A stretch of DNA of 64,000 nt, from positions 65,049-129,048 of the forward strand of contig JBGAJA010000006.1 of NCBI GenBank assembly GCA_044225175.1, given 5' to 3'. A program made the translations under genes and the position numbers. Position 1 is the first letter of the stretch. Every line of letters starts with the position of its first letter. Positions 18,286 through 28,757 of this stretch are shown here, piece by piece. The stretch is from Candidatus Omnitrophota bacterium (GTDB taxonomy: Bacteria; Omnitrophota; Gorgyraeia; Zapsychrales; Fredricksoniimonadaceae). The notes under the pieces were generated by a model. It searched no databases. It was not told the DNA's origin and worked only from the letters and a program-made list of their open reading frames with translations.

Positions 18286-21200
18286 TTAACGTTGATTTTG
18301 TAAACGATTGTATATCACAGAAAGAAAATAATCTACTTTGCCTTTTGGTTGAAGCTTTAATTCTTTGCTTTTCAAAGCCAATACAAAAGCTTCACGGTAC
18401 TGTCCTTTTTCTAAAGCTGTCATGGAAGCCGCAAATAGAGTTTCCGCCTGTTTTTCAGTAGAGTTAGTCAAAAGAAAAGCATCCGCAAAATCAGATGTTT
18501 TTATCAGCTCAACAGACAAAGGTTGGTCAGAGAAATCAATAGCATATTGATTGTTTATCTTTGGATTAATCAAAATGACATGGGGAAAGTGATTAAGAAG
18601 ATCATCAGCAAAGATCTTCTGCGTAAAGCTGTTAACCCCATAACCGAATGGGCGTTCGCTATAAAGATTGAAATAAAAACTTTGAGGGTATAGTGAGAAA
18701 AGCTCTGAACTTTCTTTAAAGGAGTAAGTAGGGCTTAAAAGGAATGAGAAGTAAGAATTGGCAAACAATAAGGCAGAGTTTTGGTCGAAGAATATATTTC
18801 GATCAGCCGTTGTCATAATAGTTGCTCCGGGATATTGGGCATACAGTTTCTTGTTAAAAGTCAGGATATGGTTTGTTAAGCCTGACAATTGAGTACGGAA
18901 TAACATTGTGTGAATAATGGTTTGAAGACCAAATACCAGAATCAAGACGATCGTTAATCGGATGAAGATTTTCTTTTTGGTTAATTGCTCTAAATAAAAT
19001 ATGGGAAGGATGATGCTTAATAAGCAGATTCCAGGGATCAGATAGTGAGGGGAATAATGGCTTATTGTGATTAGGAATACAAATAAGACACAAGCGTTTA
19101 ATGCCCATAAGAATTGTGCGCTTCGATGGCGGTAGTTTCGAAAGAGTTTAATAGAACTCCAAAGCAATATTCCACCGGTAATTAGTAAGATCACGCAGTA
19201 AGTCCACAGGATTTTATTAAAGAATATACTTAGAAAATGTGGTGCATCAAGGACTCGAGGCCCGCCAAAAAGCAGATTGCCTGAGAATATTCCAATTGTC
19301 CATTTCCATAAAAGGGGGTATTGCGCATAAATCGGAATGGTCCATACAAAAAAAGACATGATAGTCATGCCTATAAAAAGAAGCTTTTTCTTCCACGGGA
19401 CCATGAGGAAGATAAAAATAAATATAGCAAGAAAGTTTAACTTGGTAGCTATGCCTAAGCCAGCGACTAATCCCAAGAGCAATGTTCCTATTAACTCTGC
19501 TTTTGGAGTTCTCGCATAAAATAGAATACATATGGCTATGCCTAGTAAATTGATGATGCTTATTAATAATGGTTCACAGCTAATATTGGCGCTAATAGGA
19601 AGAGTTGCTAAATTGGAATCCAGGGATTTGATGGTCAAAAGAAATAGGCCTGGGATTTGACTTAAAATTGCGGCAATTTTATTACGTGTTTTATAGAAAA
19701 TGTAAGCTGCCAGGGCAGATGATGTCAGAAAGACCCCCAGCACTAAAACAATGTGGATGGCATGCAGATAATATTCAGGATTTAAAAGTACATTATGGAC
19801 TGTATCTGTAATGGGGCGCCCTAAATTTAAGACGCTGATGACACATGCATACAATAATTGAAGTGGAGTCCCAGGATGATCAATATGGGTGATACTGATG
19901 CCTTTTAGAATATGAATTCCATTAAAAAGATAAACATAGCAAGGATCAGCATATTGCCAAAAAGGTCCTGCGGCAGATCTTAAAAGAAAAGATAATAAAG
20001 CAACCACGCAAGGGATTATAAAAACAAAACTATAAGAAGCTAATGTTGAAAGAATGGGATGAGTTCTAAGTTGAATCTGCTCGATAGAATTTTTATAGGA
20101 CCATCTTCGTCCAAAATCCACGATCGGTTTTTCAAAGTACATCCAAGAGAGTTGGGCACATACGATTGTCATTAAGAATGCACCGATCGTTGTGAAAGCA
20201 TCTGTCCATTGAAGAATTTGAGGCGAACTTTGATTTAAAAATAGAGCATGCATCACCCCAGAAATACCCTGATGAAACAAGTACATGCCGTAGGCAATGA
20301 TTCCTAAGCGGACAATCCAAGGATTACGTACAACAGCTGTAATGACTCCTCGTTTTTCACAGAGAGCAATTAACAATACACACGCATATCCGAAGGCCAG
20401 CAACGAATAGCCATACCACACCATATTCTTTGATAGGACGTTTTTGTCTTTGCACATAATGGCAAATACACAAGCAAAGATGATGGCGGTTGTGATATAC
20501 AACAACGGAATACATCGATGAATTAGATTTTTAATAGTCTTTTTACGCAACAGGAGAGCACATAACACCCCAATCATTAAGGCATCCATACGAGAAGGCA
20601 TCATTAAGAAGCCCCAGAACTCACCATGAGGGACATTGGAGAATAAAAGCATTCTCAACACAGGAGCTGAAAAGATCAGAAAGACAACAACATAGGGTAA
20701 GCTGCGTACCGAACAGGCATAAATCAAAAGGGGAAGGACTAGATAGAATTGTTCTTCAACAGCTAAGGACCAAGTTATTCCAAGCCAGGGGCTTCCCCAT
20801 TCATTAATATTGGCCATAGCAAAATTCTGTGTAAAAGTTAAATAATAAGCAAGGCCAATAGATTTAGGGTCGTTGATAAATGATTTTAAATGAGGATTGA
20901 TCGATGGGAAATGAACAATAGCCCATGTGATCACTTGTAAAAGGAGAATCCATAAGATATAAAGCGGTAATATTCGACAAAAACGACGAATGTAAAAGGT
21001 CTGAAAGAAATTGGTTGCGTGTTTATTATTTAATAAGATTCCACCTAATAAAAATCCAGAAAGCACAAAGAACAGATCCACTCCGCTCCACGTTAACCAT
21101 AAGCATTGATAGATTGTTAAAAGCCAGGGAGTCGAATTGATTTGATCAAAAACGGGGCCTTTTTGGATTTGACAGACGACATAGTGCCAAATCAACACTT

Positions 21201-21294
21201 GAAGAATGGCAAGGCCTCTTAGTCCATCCAATTCAGGGATACGAATTGCAGCAACAGAAATAGATTGATTGAAATCTTTAAAAAATTTAATCAT
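18286..21294 (-). CDS. Acyltransferase-3 (OafA-like) fused to a multi-TM GT-C-like membrane protein
   Basis: N-terminal RIPELDGLRGLA, GVDLFFVLSGFL, FYIRRF.RI, TWSLAVEEQFY; C-terminal ~590 aa paralogous to the two neighbouring genes (GPFWQYADP.Y, HPGTPLQL, STEKQA). Confidence 0.85.
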   Translation of the reverse strand: MIKFFKDFNQSISVAAIRIPELDGLRGLAILQVLIWHYVVCQIQKGPVFDQINSTPWLLTIYQCLWLTWSGVDLFFVLSGFLLGGILLNNKHATNFFQTFYIRRFCRILPLYILWILLLQVITWAIVHFPSINPHLKSFINDPKSIGLAYYLTFTQNFAMANINEWGSPWLGITWSLAVEEQFYLVLPLLIYACSVRSLPYVVVFLIFSAPVLRMLLFSNVPHGEFWGFLMMPSRMDALMIGVLCALLLRKKTIKNLIHRCIPLLYITTAIIFACVFAIMCKDKNVLSKNMVWYGYSLLAFGYACVLLIALCEKRGVITAVVRNPWIVRLGIIAYGMYLFHQGISGVMHALFLNQSSPQILQWTDAFTTIGAFLMTIVCAQLSWMYFEKPIVDFGRRWSYKNSIEQIQLRTHPILSTLASYSFVFIIPCVVALLSFLLRSAAGPFWQYADPCYVYLFNGIHILKGISITHIDHPGTPLQLLYACVISVLNLGRPITDTVHNVLLNPEYYLHAIHIVLVLGVFLTSSALAAYIFYKTRNKIAAILSQIPGLFLLTIKSLDSNLATLPISANISCEPLLISIINLLGIAICILFYARTPKAELIGTLLLGLVAGLGIATKLNFLAIFIFIFLMVPWKKKLLFIGMTIMSFFVWTIPIYAQYPLLWKWTIGIFSGNLLFGGPRVLDAPHFLSIFFNKILWTYCVILLITGGILLWSSIKLFRNYRHRSAQFLWALNACVLFVFLITISHYSPHYLIPGICLLSIILPIFYLEQLTKKKIFIRLTIVLILVFGLQTIIHTMLFRTQLSGLTNHILTFNKKLYAQYPGATIMTTADRNIFFDQNSALLFANSYFSFLLSPTYSFKESSELFSLYPQSFYFNLYSERPFGYGVNSFTQKIFADDLLNHFPHVILINPKINNQYAIDFSDQPLSVELIKTSDFADAFLLTNSTEKQAETLFAASMTALEKGQYREAFVLALKSKELKLQPKGKVDYFLSVIYNRLQNQR

Positions 21295-21297
21295 GAA

Positions 21298-23037
21298 TTA
21301 CTTCGGGATTTTGTTATAAATGAAAGCCAGCAAATATTCGACCTTGCCCCGCGGCTCATATTTTAAATCTCTACTTTTTAATGCCAGAGCAAAGGCTTGT
21401 TGAAAATCGCCTTTTTGCAAGGCCGCTTCAGCGAGCGATAAAAGTTCATTAGCTTGCTTTTCTGTTGATCCAGTTAATAGATAGGCATTGGCAAACGATG
21501 ATTGGTCAATCTTTTTAAGCGTGTAGGCAGATTGTTCGATATCTGTATTAGAAAGAAAAATGACGCAAGGATAGTTAGCAAGTAAATCTTCTCCATAAAC
21601 TCGTTGTTGAGAATCCCATATTCCATAGCCATCGTATTGGTCTTGAATGATTTTATCTGGATTAAAGTAATAAGCATGAGGGGAAGCTTTTTTTAGTTCT
21701 TCGTTCTCATGATGAAGAGCATATCTATTGCCAAACAGCAGGGCGTATTCTTGGTTAAGGTATAGGGAAACAAGATTGGAGTTAGAAGCAATCACTGTGC
21801 AGTTAGGGTATTGGGAGTAGATCCGGTCATGAAGGCCCATTGTATCATTTGTCAGATTTGATAAATTGTGATGATACATCACCGCTTGAGTTGTGGTTAC
21901 AATCATGAACAATGGCACAAATGACATAACTAGTTTATTAGCTAGTTGAGTCTGGAACAGACGATTAATGCTTAACAAGAATAGGATGGGGCTGGTAGAA
22001 CAGATCCCTAAGACTAAATAATGCCATGAGAAATGTTTGGCAATAATACCAAAATGTAATAATGTCCCGATACATGCTGCCCATAAAAAAAGAGCATTTT
22101 TATTAGTGCGGTCCTTGATGAATTGAATCGAACTTAAAATAAAAGCTCCTAGAGTTATCAAAACGAAGAACCAATGTTGAGGAAAAATATCTTTGAATAA
22201 ATGGGAGGCGAAGGTATTCCAGTCAACTACCCCTGTTGTACCTGAGCCGAGGGCGCCTGTGTGAGTGACAATGCTTTGAGCCCATTGCCATACTAAAGGA
22301 TATTTAGAAAGTATAGGTAATGTGCAGATAAAAAATGATACAAAAGAAACAGTCATCAGAATAAGTTTCTTTCGTCCTGGGGTCACAATGAGGGCTGAGA
22401 TTAAAAATGTAAAGAAAATTAGTCTTGTAGACAGGCCAAGACCACAGACAAGGCCCATAATCAAGATCCATTTTATTTGGGAAGAAGAATCCTTTGCAAA
22501 ATATAAAGCCAAGAAGCATAAAGTAAAAAGATTAACAATACTTATTAATAAAAGCTCAGGGTTTACATTCGCACTGATAGGTAGGATTGGAAGGTTTGAG
22601 GCGTTTGATTTAATGATTAATGCACAAAGCCCAGGCAGTTGTGTTAGCAGTGCAGCCCATCTATTGCTGGTTTTGTGATAAATATAAACAGCTAATAAAA
22701 CATAGGTTACAAAAGTTCCTAGAATTAACAGAAAATGAACTGCCTGAAAATAGAATTCGGGGTGTACTAAAGCTCTGTGGATAATATCTGGAGTTGAAAG
22801 GCCGATATTAAAGATCCAAATTGTAATGAGAATTATCAGTTGAAGAGGAATACCTGGATGTTGAATTAGGGTGGGAGTGATGCCCTTAAGCATATGAAGC
22901 GCATTAAAGTAGTAAATGTACGAAGGATCGCAGTATTGCCAAAGAGGTCCTCCTGCACTCTTAAGAAAGAAAGCCAAGGTGATAATCACTATGGGAATGA
23001 TTAGTGCAAAACTATATGTTTTTAATAATTTCAGCAT
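21298..23037 (-). CDS. Multi-TM GT-C-like (ArnT/PMT-like) membrane protein, paralog 2
   Basis: GPLWQYCDPSY..HPGIPLQL, many TM helices, periplasmic C-terminal domain ending STEKQA..AF.LALKS..PRGKVEY. Confidence 0.7.
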   Translation of the reverse strand: MLKLLKTYSFALIIPIVIITLAFFLKSAGGPLWQYCDPSYIYYFNALHMLKGITPTLIQHPGIPLQLIILITIWIFNIGLSTPDIIHRALVHPEFYFQAVHFLLILGTFVTYVLLAVYIYHKTSNRWAALLTQLPGLCALIIKSNASNLPILPISANVNPELLLISIVNLFTLCFLALYFAKDSSSQIKWILIMGLVCGLGLSTRLIFFTFLISALIVTPGRKKLILMTVSFVSFFICTLPILSKYPLVWQWAQSIVTHTGALGSGTTGVVDWNTFASHLFKDIFPQHWFFVLITLGAFILSSIQFIKDRTNKNALFLWAACIGTLLHFGIIAKHFSWHYLVLGICSTSPILFLLSINRLFQTQLANKLVMSFVPLFMIVTTTQAVMYHHNLSNLTNDTMGLHDRIYSQYPNCTVIASNSNLVSLYLNQEYALLFGNRYALHHENEELKKASPHAYYFNPDKIIQDQYDGYGIWDSQQRVYGEDLLANYPCVIFLSNTDIEQSAYTLKKIDQSSFANAYLLTGSTEKQANELLSLAEAALQKGDFQQAFALALKSRDLKYEPRGKVEYLLAFIYNKIPK

Positions 23038-23042
23038 TGATA

Positions 23043-24800
23043 TTATTCCTTTTGAATGTGCGGGTAGATCAAGCCAAGGTAATATTCAACCTTACCTCGT
23101 GGTTGGAAATTGAGTTCCCTGGCTTTTAAGGCTAACGCGAAAGCTTGTTGATAGTTGCCTTGTTTTAATTGATTCAAAGCTCCTAAGAAAAAGTTCTCTG
23201 CTTGTTTCTCTGTTGAATTAACGAGTAAATAAGCTTGGGCGTATTTAGATTCTTCGATTGGTTTGACAATAAAAGGGTATTGTGAGAAATCAGAATTTAA
23301 TTTAAGAAAAATACTGCAAGAACCTGCATTTAAAAGATCATCAGCATAAATTCTTTGTCCTTTGAAATTTCTAATGCCATATCCATCATCATAATTTTCT
23401 GGCCGGGGCTCTGTTTGTTCGGAATTAAAATAAAATGTTTTAGGATACAAAGCGTAGATCGCTTGGTCAGCTTTATGGAGGGTGCCATAATTGCCTAAGA
23501 ATAAGCCGTGAGATTGCGTCAGGTAAATATTTGTAGCAGTGGTTGCTGAAGGAAGGATGGAGCAGTTGGGATATTGTGTATGAATTTTTCCGCGTATCTG
23601 ATCTAAGTCGTGGGTGAATTCTTTTACTTGATGATAATAAGAATAAGCCTGAAATGAGCTTTGAATGGAAATGAGTACAATAACAATTAATGTGATTCGT
23701 TTCATAAGCACACTGTGAGGAGTCAATTGAAGATAAAATAATAAGAGTATTGGGCCTAATAAAAGCAGAGAGGGAAGAAGATAGTGGAAAGAAAAATGTT
23801 TAGCTGTGATCAGGATCTGAAGAAGGCTTACCAAACAAAGGGTCAATAACATCTGGACATTCCGGTTCTTCCACTGATTCTTAATTCTTATTAAACACCA
23901 TGAAAAAATTCCAAATGTAAAGAATATTAAGAATTTGAAATGAAGTACAATTGCTGTTAAGTGTGACCAAAATTCAGTCCAATTAATCATCTCTTGTTGG
24001 CCTAATCCATAGTGCCCGGAGTGAGTGATTAGACTGATTATCCAATCAAATAGCTTTGGGTATTGAGCAATGATGGGAATGGTCCACACAACAAAGGACA
24101 GTAGGGATATCGCTATAAAAATAGGTTTGATTCTCCAAGAGACAATGAGCAATCCTGCTAAACATAGAGGAAGGAAAACGAGTTTGATCGCTAATCCAAA
24201 TCCACATACGATTGCTAAGAACACGCTGGCTTTCCATTGATCTTTGGGAGTTTGCGCAAAATATAATTTAAGAAAGAAAAGGTTAAAAAGGTTGATGCTG
24301 CTAATAAGAAATGGTTCGGGGCTAACGTTAGATACAATGGGTGTCACAGCAAAACTGGAGTCAAAGGATTGAATAGTTAGAAGACTTAAAGCGGGTAATT
24401 GTATTAATAGCGCTGCACTTAGATCGTTTGTTTTTTTGTAAATAAAATGACCTAGAAGAATAAATGTTGCCGCAGTGAGAATGGTTAAAGTGACAAATGT
24501 CAGATTTAAATAAAATTCTGGGTGAAGAAAAGCTTCATTGGTAATGTCTGTTTTGGAATGGTTAATATTAAAGAGTCGAATGATAGCTAGAATCAGAAGT
24601 TGTAAAGGGGTGCCTGGATGGGCTGTTTGTGTTGGAGAAATGCCATTAAGCATGTGAATGGCATCAAAAAGATATGTATAACAGGGATCAGCATATTGCC
24701 AAAAAGGGCCAGCAGCGCATCTAAGGAAGATTGAGAAAACTAATGTGAGAAAAGGGATAATGAGCAAGAAAGCCCATCGGAATCGGATAATAAAATTCAA
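23043..24800 (-). CDS. Multi-TM GT-C-like (ArnT/PMT-like) membrane protein, paralog 1
   Basis: GPFWQYADPCY..HPGTPLQL, same architecture; TTG start preceded by GAGG. Confidence 0.7.
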   Translation of the reverse strand: MNFIIRFRWAFLLIIPFLTLVFSIFLRCAAGPFWQYADPCYTYLFDAIHMLNGISPTQTAHPGTPLQLLILAIIRLFNINHSKTDITNEAFLHPEFYLNLTFVTLTILTAATFILLGHFIYKKTNDLSAALLIQLPALSLLTIQSFDSSFAVTPIVSNVSPEPFLISSINLFNLFFLKLYFAQTPKDQWKASVFLAIVCGFGLAIKLVFLPLCLAGLLIVSWRIKPIFIAISLLSFVVWTIPIIAQYPKLFDWIISLITHSGHYGLGQQEMINWTEFWSHLTAIVLHFKFLIFFTFGIFSWCLIRIKNQWKNRNVQMLLTLCLVSLLQILITAKHFSFHYLLPSLLLLGPILLLFYLQLTPHSVLMKRITLIVIVLISIQSSFQAYSYYHQVKEFTHDLDQIRGKIHTQYPNCSILPSATTATNIYLTQSHGLFLGNYGTLHKADQAIYALYPKTFYFNSEQTEPRPENYDDGYGIRNFKGQRIYADDLLNAGSCSIFLKLNSDFSQYPFIVKPIEESKYAQAYLLVNSTEKQAENFFLGALNQLKQGNYQQAFALALKARELNFQPRGKVEYYLGLIYPHIQKE

Positions 24801-24950
24801 ATACTAGTCCTCATTTATATACAAAATTTATTAATCGGGTTATGGTACTATAAAATAATATTCTTTAAAAGAATTAAAACAATCCAAAAATAAATCTTAA
24901 TAAATTCTCTAAATTACGATATTATGTCTGCAATTAATTAGTCAGAAATT

Positions 24951-25676
24951 ATGTCTAACCTCAATGGCTCCATGGAATCTTCTGTTTTAAAAACATTACA
25001 TGTTGTACGCGGTTCTCGCAGGTACAATTCATGGCTTTATGATCGTATTAAAAGTCATTTGCGTGGTTCTGTGTTAGATATAGGCAGTGGTTTGGGAGAT
25101 ATTGCTCGTCAGTTTGTGAATCCTTCCATTGATGAGGTTGTCCTCTCTGATTATGCTGATGAAATGCTCAATTTATTAACACAAAATCCTCCTCCATTAA
25201 AAAAGTACCGCATCACCAAGTTAGATATTACTAATCCTCACACCTTTAATGATTATCCAAAAGAACAAGCAGATACGATCACTTGTATTAACGTGTTGGA
25301 GCATATTCAAGATGATGTGAGGGCCCTTAAACATATGAAGAGTTTGCTTAAAAAAGGTGGCAAGGTGGTTATTTTTGTTCCCGCATTACCTGCAATTTAT
25401 GGCACTCTAGATACACATGTAGAGCATTATCGACGTTATACCAAAAGAAGTTTGGGCCGAGTTTTTAAAGAGGCAGGTTTTACGGTTCAAGATTCTTATT
25501 ATATGAACATGTTTGGTATTTTAACCTGGTTTTTTGCTGGACGTATATTAAGACAGAAGAAGTTTCACAAAAATGCTTGTCATATGTTGGATCGCATTGT
25601 GCCTTCTTTAAGGGCAATCGAGAATGTTTTTAATCCACCTTTGGGGCAATCATTAATCATGGTTGGGCAATCCTAA
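24951..25676 (+). CDS. Class I SAM-dependent methyltransferase
   Basis: VLDIGSGLG, NVLEHIQDD, HYRRY motifs typical of glycosylation-cluster methyltransferases. Confidence 0.88.
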   Translation: MSNLNGSMESSVLKTLHVVRGSRRYNSWLYDRIKSHLRGSVLDIGSGLGDIARQFVNPSIDEVVLSDYADEMLNLLTQNPPPLKKYRITKLDITNPHTFNDYPKEQADTITCINVLEHIQDDVRALKHMKSLLKKGGKVVIFVPALPAIYGTLDTHVEHYRRYTKRSLGRVFKEAGFTVQDSYYMNMFGILTWFFAGRILRQKKFHKNACHMLDRIVPSLRAIENVFNPPLGQSLIMVGQS

Positions 25677-25682
25677 ATAGTA

Positions 25683-27113
25683 ATGATCTTATTTTCCAAG
25701 ATTCACTCCTTCTATCTTTTTCATGCGCAGTTAATTGAACGAATTTTGTTCTTAATTGCTATTCTTAGCGCTGTTTTAATTCGTTATTCCTTCCTCAATC
25801 GAGGATTCTTTTATGATGAACTCTTTCTCGTAACTCACTTTCTTCAATCGCCTGAGCTTTTCGGTCCTTCTTTTAAAGATTATACAACTGCTAATCATAT
25901 GGGTTATACGATCTGTTCGTATGTGACAAGTCATTTATTTGGCATGAAAGAATGGGCTGTACGTTTGCCAGCCTTATGTTTTGATATAGCAAGTATGTGT
26001 GTCTTTGGGTATTGGACAAGAAAGTATTTTGGAAGAGCAGTTGCATCGGTTGGAATGATTTTATTTGTTTTTTCTCCAGCAAGTATTATTTGGAGCTCCT
26101 CTGCACGCGGATACTCGGCAATGATATTCTTCACATTAGCTTCCAGTATTCTTTATTTTCGTCTGCTACAACAAACTTCCAAAAGAACGCTGTTTTTGTT
26201 CATAGTTACAAACCTTATTGGGTTTTCCTTCCATTTGTATTTTGCTTTTATCGAGATTGTTCAATTGTTTCATTTGGTATTGTTAGCTTTTGCCAGTAGT
26301 CGATTAAACATATCTAGAAAGAATTTGGTTAATTTATCGATAGGGATGGGGATTACATGCATCTTATCGGTTCTTATCTATGCTCCGATCATGTTCAAGT
26401 TTCTCATGCAGCAAACAGGTGTACATGGGGAATTGATTCCATATTTTCCTTTGAAAGTATTTACAGATTTAATATCTGTCTCATGGTTGCCCTTAGGATT
26501 AATTTGTTTGATTGTGATGATTGTTGGATTTAAATATTTTAATCCCAGATTAGTGTATTGGCCCGTCTATGTTTTATTGTTATTCTTGATTCCATTGCCC
26601 ATTTGGTTGTCGAAACCATGGTTTTTATATCCTCGTTTCTTTTCTTTCTTATTGCCTTTTATTTTTCTTGGACTTGCCAATGGGATGGTCATGATTCCCA
26701 GGCTTTTTCCAAAGCCTTTTCAAATCATCCTTGGACTATGTATGGTGGCAGTCCTATGTGCGATTCTGTGGTCTTGGAAGAACAACTCTGCGAATGTCGT
26801 CCAAGAATTCAATAGCACTTTTAAAGAATCTGTGGCCTTTGCTGAAGGTATATCCAATAGTCAGGTGCGCTTTTGTTCATTTGGGAGTGAAGATCAGTTT
26901 TTTCAATATTATTCCAAACGGCCAGTCATTCAATTTAAGACTTTTGAAGAATTTTTATTATTTTATAATCAGAAGATAGATTCTTTGTGTTTTGCTATTA
27001 TGGGACCACCGATGAATGATGAACATAAGAAGATTTTTCTCTTTATGCTCACGCATTCCCAATTTAAATCTTTTGATAAAATTAATGTGTTTCATATAGG
27101 TGAAAGGCTGTAG
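25683..27113 (+). CDS. GT-C glycosyltransferase (ArnT/PMT-like, GT39/GT83-type)
   Basis: F.YDE after TM1, EWAVRLP, SSSARGYS, multiple TM helices. Confidence 0.78.
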   Translation: MILFSKIHSFYLFHAQLIERILFLIAILSAVLIRYSFLNRGFFYDELFLVTHFLQSPELFGPSFKDYTTANHMGYTICSYVTSHLFGMKEWAVRLPALCFDIASMCVFGYWTRKYFGRAVASVGMILFVFSPASIIWSSSARGYSAMIFFTLASSILYFRLLQQTSKRTLFLFIVTNLIGFSFHLYFAFIEIVQLFHLVLLAFASSRLNISRKNLVNLSIGMGITCILSVLIYAPIMFKFLMQQTGVHGELIPYFPLKVFTDLISVSWLPLGLICLIVMIVGFKYFNPRLVYWPVYVLLLFLIPLPIWLSKPWFLYPRFFSFLLPFIFLGLANGMVMIPRLFPKPFQIILGLCMVAVLCAILWSWKNNSANVVQEFNSTFKESVAFAEGISNSQVRFCSFGSEDQFFQYYSKRPVIQFKTFEEFLLFYNQKIDSLCFAIMGPPMNDEHKKIFLFMLTHSQFKSFDKINVFHIGERL

Positions 27114-28757
27114 ATGATTATTGTTATTCTTTTAGCGCTCTTAGGTTTGCCTTTATACTTTGGTCTTTTTAGCGAGCATATTGTGGGTGGTCATGATGCA
27201 GCATCAGGGCTAATCAGAGCTATTTGCATGGATAAATATTTGGGTGATGGGCAGATATTGCCTCGTTGGCTTCCAGATGTTAATTTTGGCTTTGGTTCTC
27301 CAATGTTCAACTTTTATCCTCCGTTTTTCTATTTTTTATCTGTTGTACTCTCTAAAGTTACGCACAATATGCTCTTAGCTATGAATTGGGTTTGTATTAT
27401 TCTGTGGATTGTTTCAGGGATTGGCATTTATTTGTTAGCGAAAGAATTTTGGGGGCGTAAAGGTGGGTTGGTATCGGCTATTGCCTACATGTATGCTCCG
27501 TATCATATCCAGGATCTTTATGTTCGAGGAGCTTTTGCGGAATTTAGCGCATTTGCATTTTTTCCTTTGATCATTTTAGCCTTTTACAAGATTAGTAAGA
27601 AAATTGAAGTGAAATATGTCGTACTGGGGACGCTGGGTATTACTTCTTTAAGTCTTACTCACAATGTGATGAGTATGCTCTTTCTTCCAGTCTTGATGTC
27701 ATATATTGTTTTCTTATCGATCTTAAGAAAGAATATTTACATTTTTTTGTTTAATTTTGCAATGGTTGTGGTGGGGCTCATGATGGCTGCCTTTTTTTGG
27801 TTGCCCGCATTTAATGAGAAGAGTTCTTTAAACATGCTTCTTTTGGTCCTCTTTCATTATGATTTTCATCAGCACTTTCTTTCTTTAGCTCAATTGTTTA
27901 ATACTCCATGGGCGGTTAATCCTGAGGATCAAACAAAGTTGCCTTATCATGTAGGATTGTTTCCTGTCATTTTAGTGGTGGTTTCTTTAGGTCTTGTGAT
28001 TAAAAGGTTCAAAGAAAATAAAGAGATGTCTCTGCATTATCTATTTTTTCTTTTTGTAACTATTGTCGCTATGTTGTTTACTCTGCCCATTACTGAGATC
28101 ATTTGGGAAAAAGTCATTTTATTAAGATGTATTCAATTTCCATGGCGTTTATTGGCGATCATCAGTTTTTTTGTCTCGTTAATGGCAGGTGGAATCATGC
28201 TCATAAATAAATCAAAAGTGGTTAGTAATTTTATTCTTATTGGAGTCATGATTGTCATTATGCTTTCATCCGCGAAATTAATTTCCAGCATAAAGTTTAA
28301 GAATATAGATCAAGTTAAGATCAAAGAACACCTTTCTGAGCTTACTTTTTTGGGAGAAGGTGAATATACTCCTCGGTGGATTATGAAAGTGCCAACATCA
28401 AAACTGCCAGACAAATTTATGTTCTTACAGGGTAGTGGAACTCTCACAGAATATAAAAAGATTAATGCTGTAGAGCACACTATACGTGTGATGTCTTTTC
28501 AACCTGCCATGTTATGTTTTGGTTCTTTTTATTTTCCAGGATGGGAAGCTTTTATAGATGGTAAGTCAACGCCTCTCAGGGCCGACAATCAATATGGGCT
28601 TGCGGTCTTTGTGGTTCCTCCTGGAGACCATCTAGTGAAAATGGTCTTTAGAACAACTCCTATTCGACAACTAGCTGTGAGGATTTCTTGGGGAGGATTA
28701 ATCTTGTTTATCATTGGATTATTTCTTATTCGAAAATCAAATTGGTCAAGATCATGA
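27114..28757 (+). CDS. GT-C-like membrane protein (6-pyruvoyl-tetrahydropterin-synthase-related / YfhO-like)
   Basis: GHD..PRW.PD..FGFGSPMFNFYPP, RGAFAE, IQFPWR, YFPGWEA.IDG C-terminal motif. Confidence 0.8.
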   Translation: MIIVILLALLGLPLYFGLFSEHIVGGHDAASGLIRAICMDKYLGDGQILPRWLPDVNFGFGSPMFNFYPPFFYFLSVVLSKVTHNMLLAMNWVCIILWIVSGIGIYLLAKEFWGRKGGLVSAIAYMYAPYHIQDLYVRGAFAEFSAFAFFPLIILAFYKISKKIEVKYVVLGTLGITSLSLTHNVMSMLFLPVLMSYIVFLSILRKNIYIFLFNFAMVVVGLMMAAFFWLPAFNEKSSLNMLLLVLFHYDFHQHFLSLAQLFNTPWAVNPEDQTKLPYHVGLFPVILVVVSLGLVIKRFKENKEMSLHYLFFLFVTIVAMLFTLPITEIIWEKVILLRCIQFPWRLLAIISFFVSLMAGGIMLINKSKVVSNFILIGVMIVIMLSSAKLISSIKFKNIDQVKIKEHLSELTFLGEGEYTPRWIMKVPTSKLPDKFMFLQGSGTLTEYKKINAVEHTIRVMSFQPAMLCFGSFYFPGWEAFIDGKSTPLRADNQYGLAVFVVPPGDHLVKMVFRTTPIRQLAVRISWGGLILFIIGLFLIRKSNWSRS

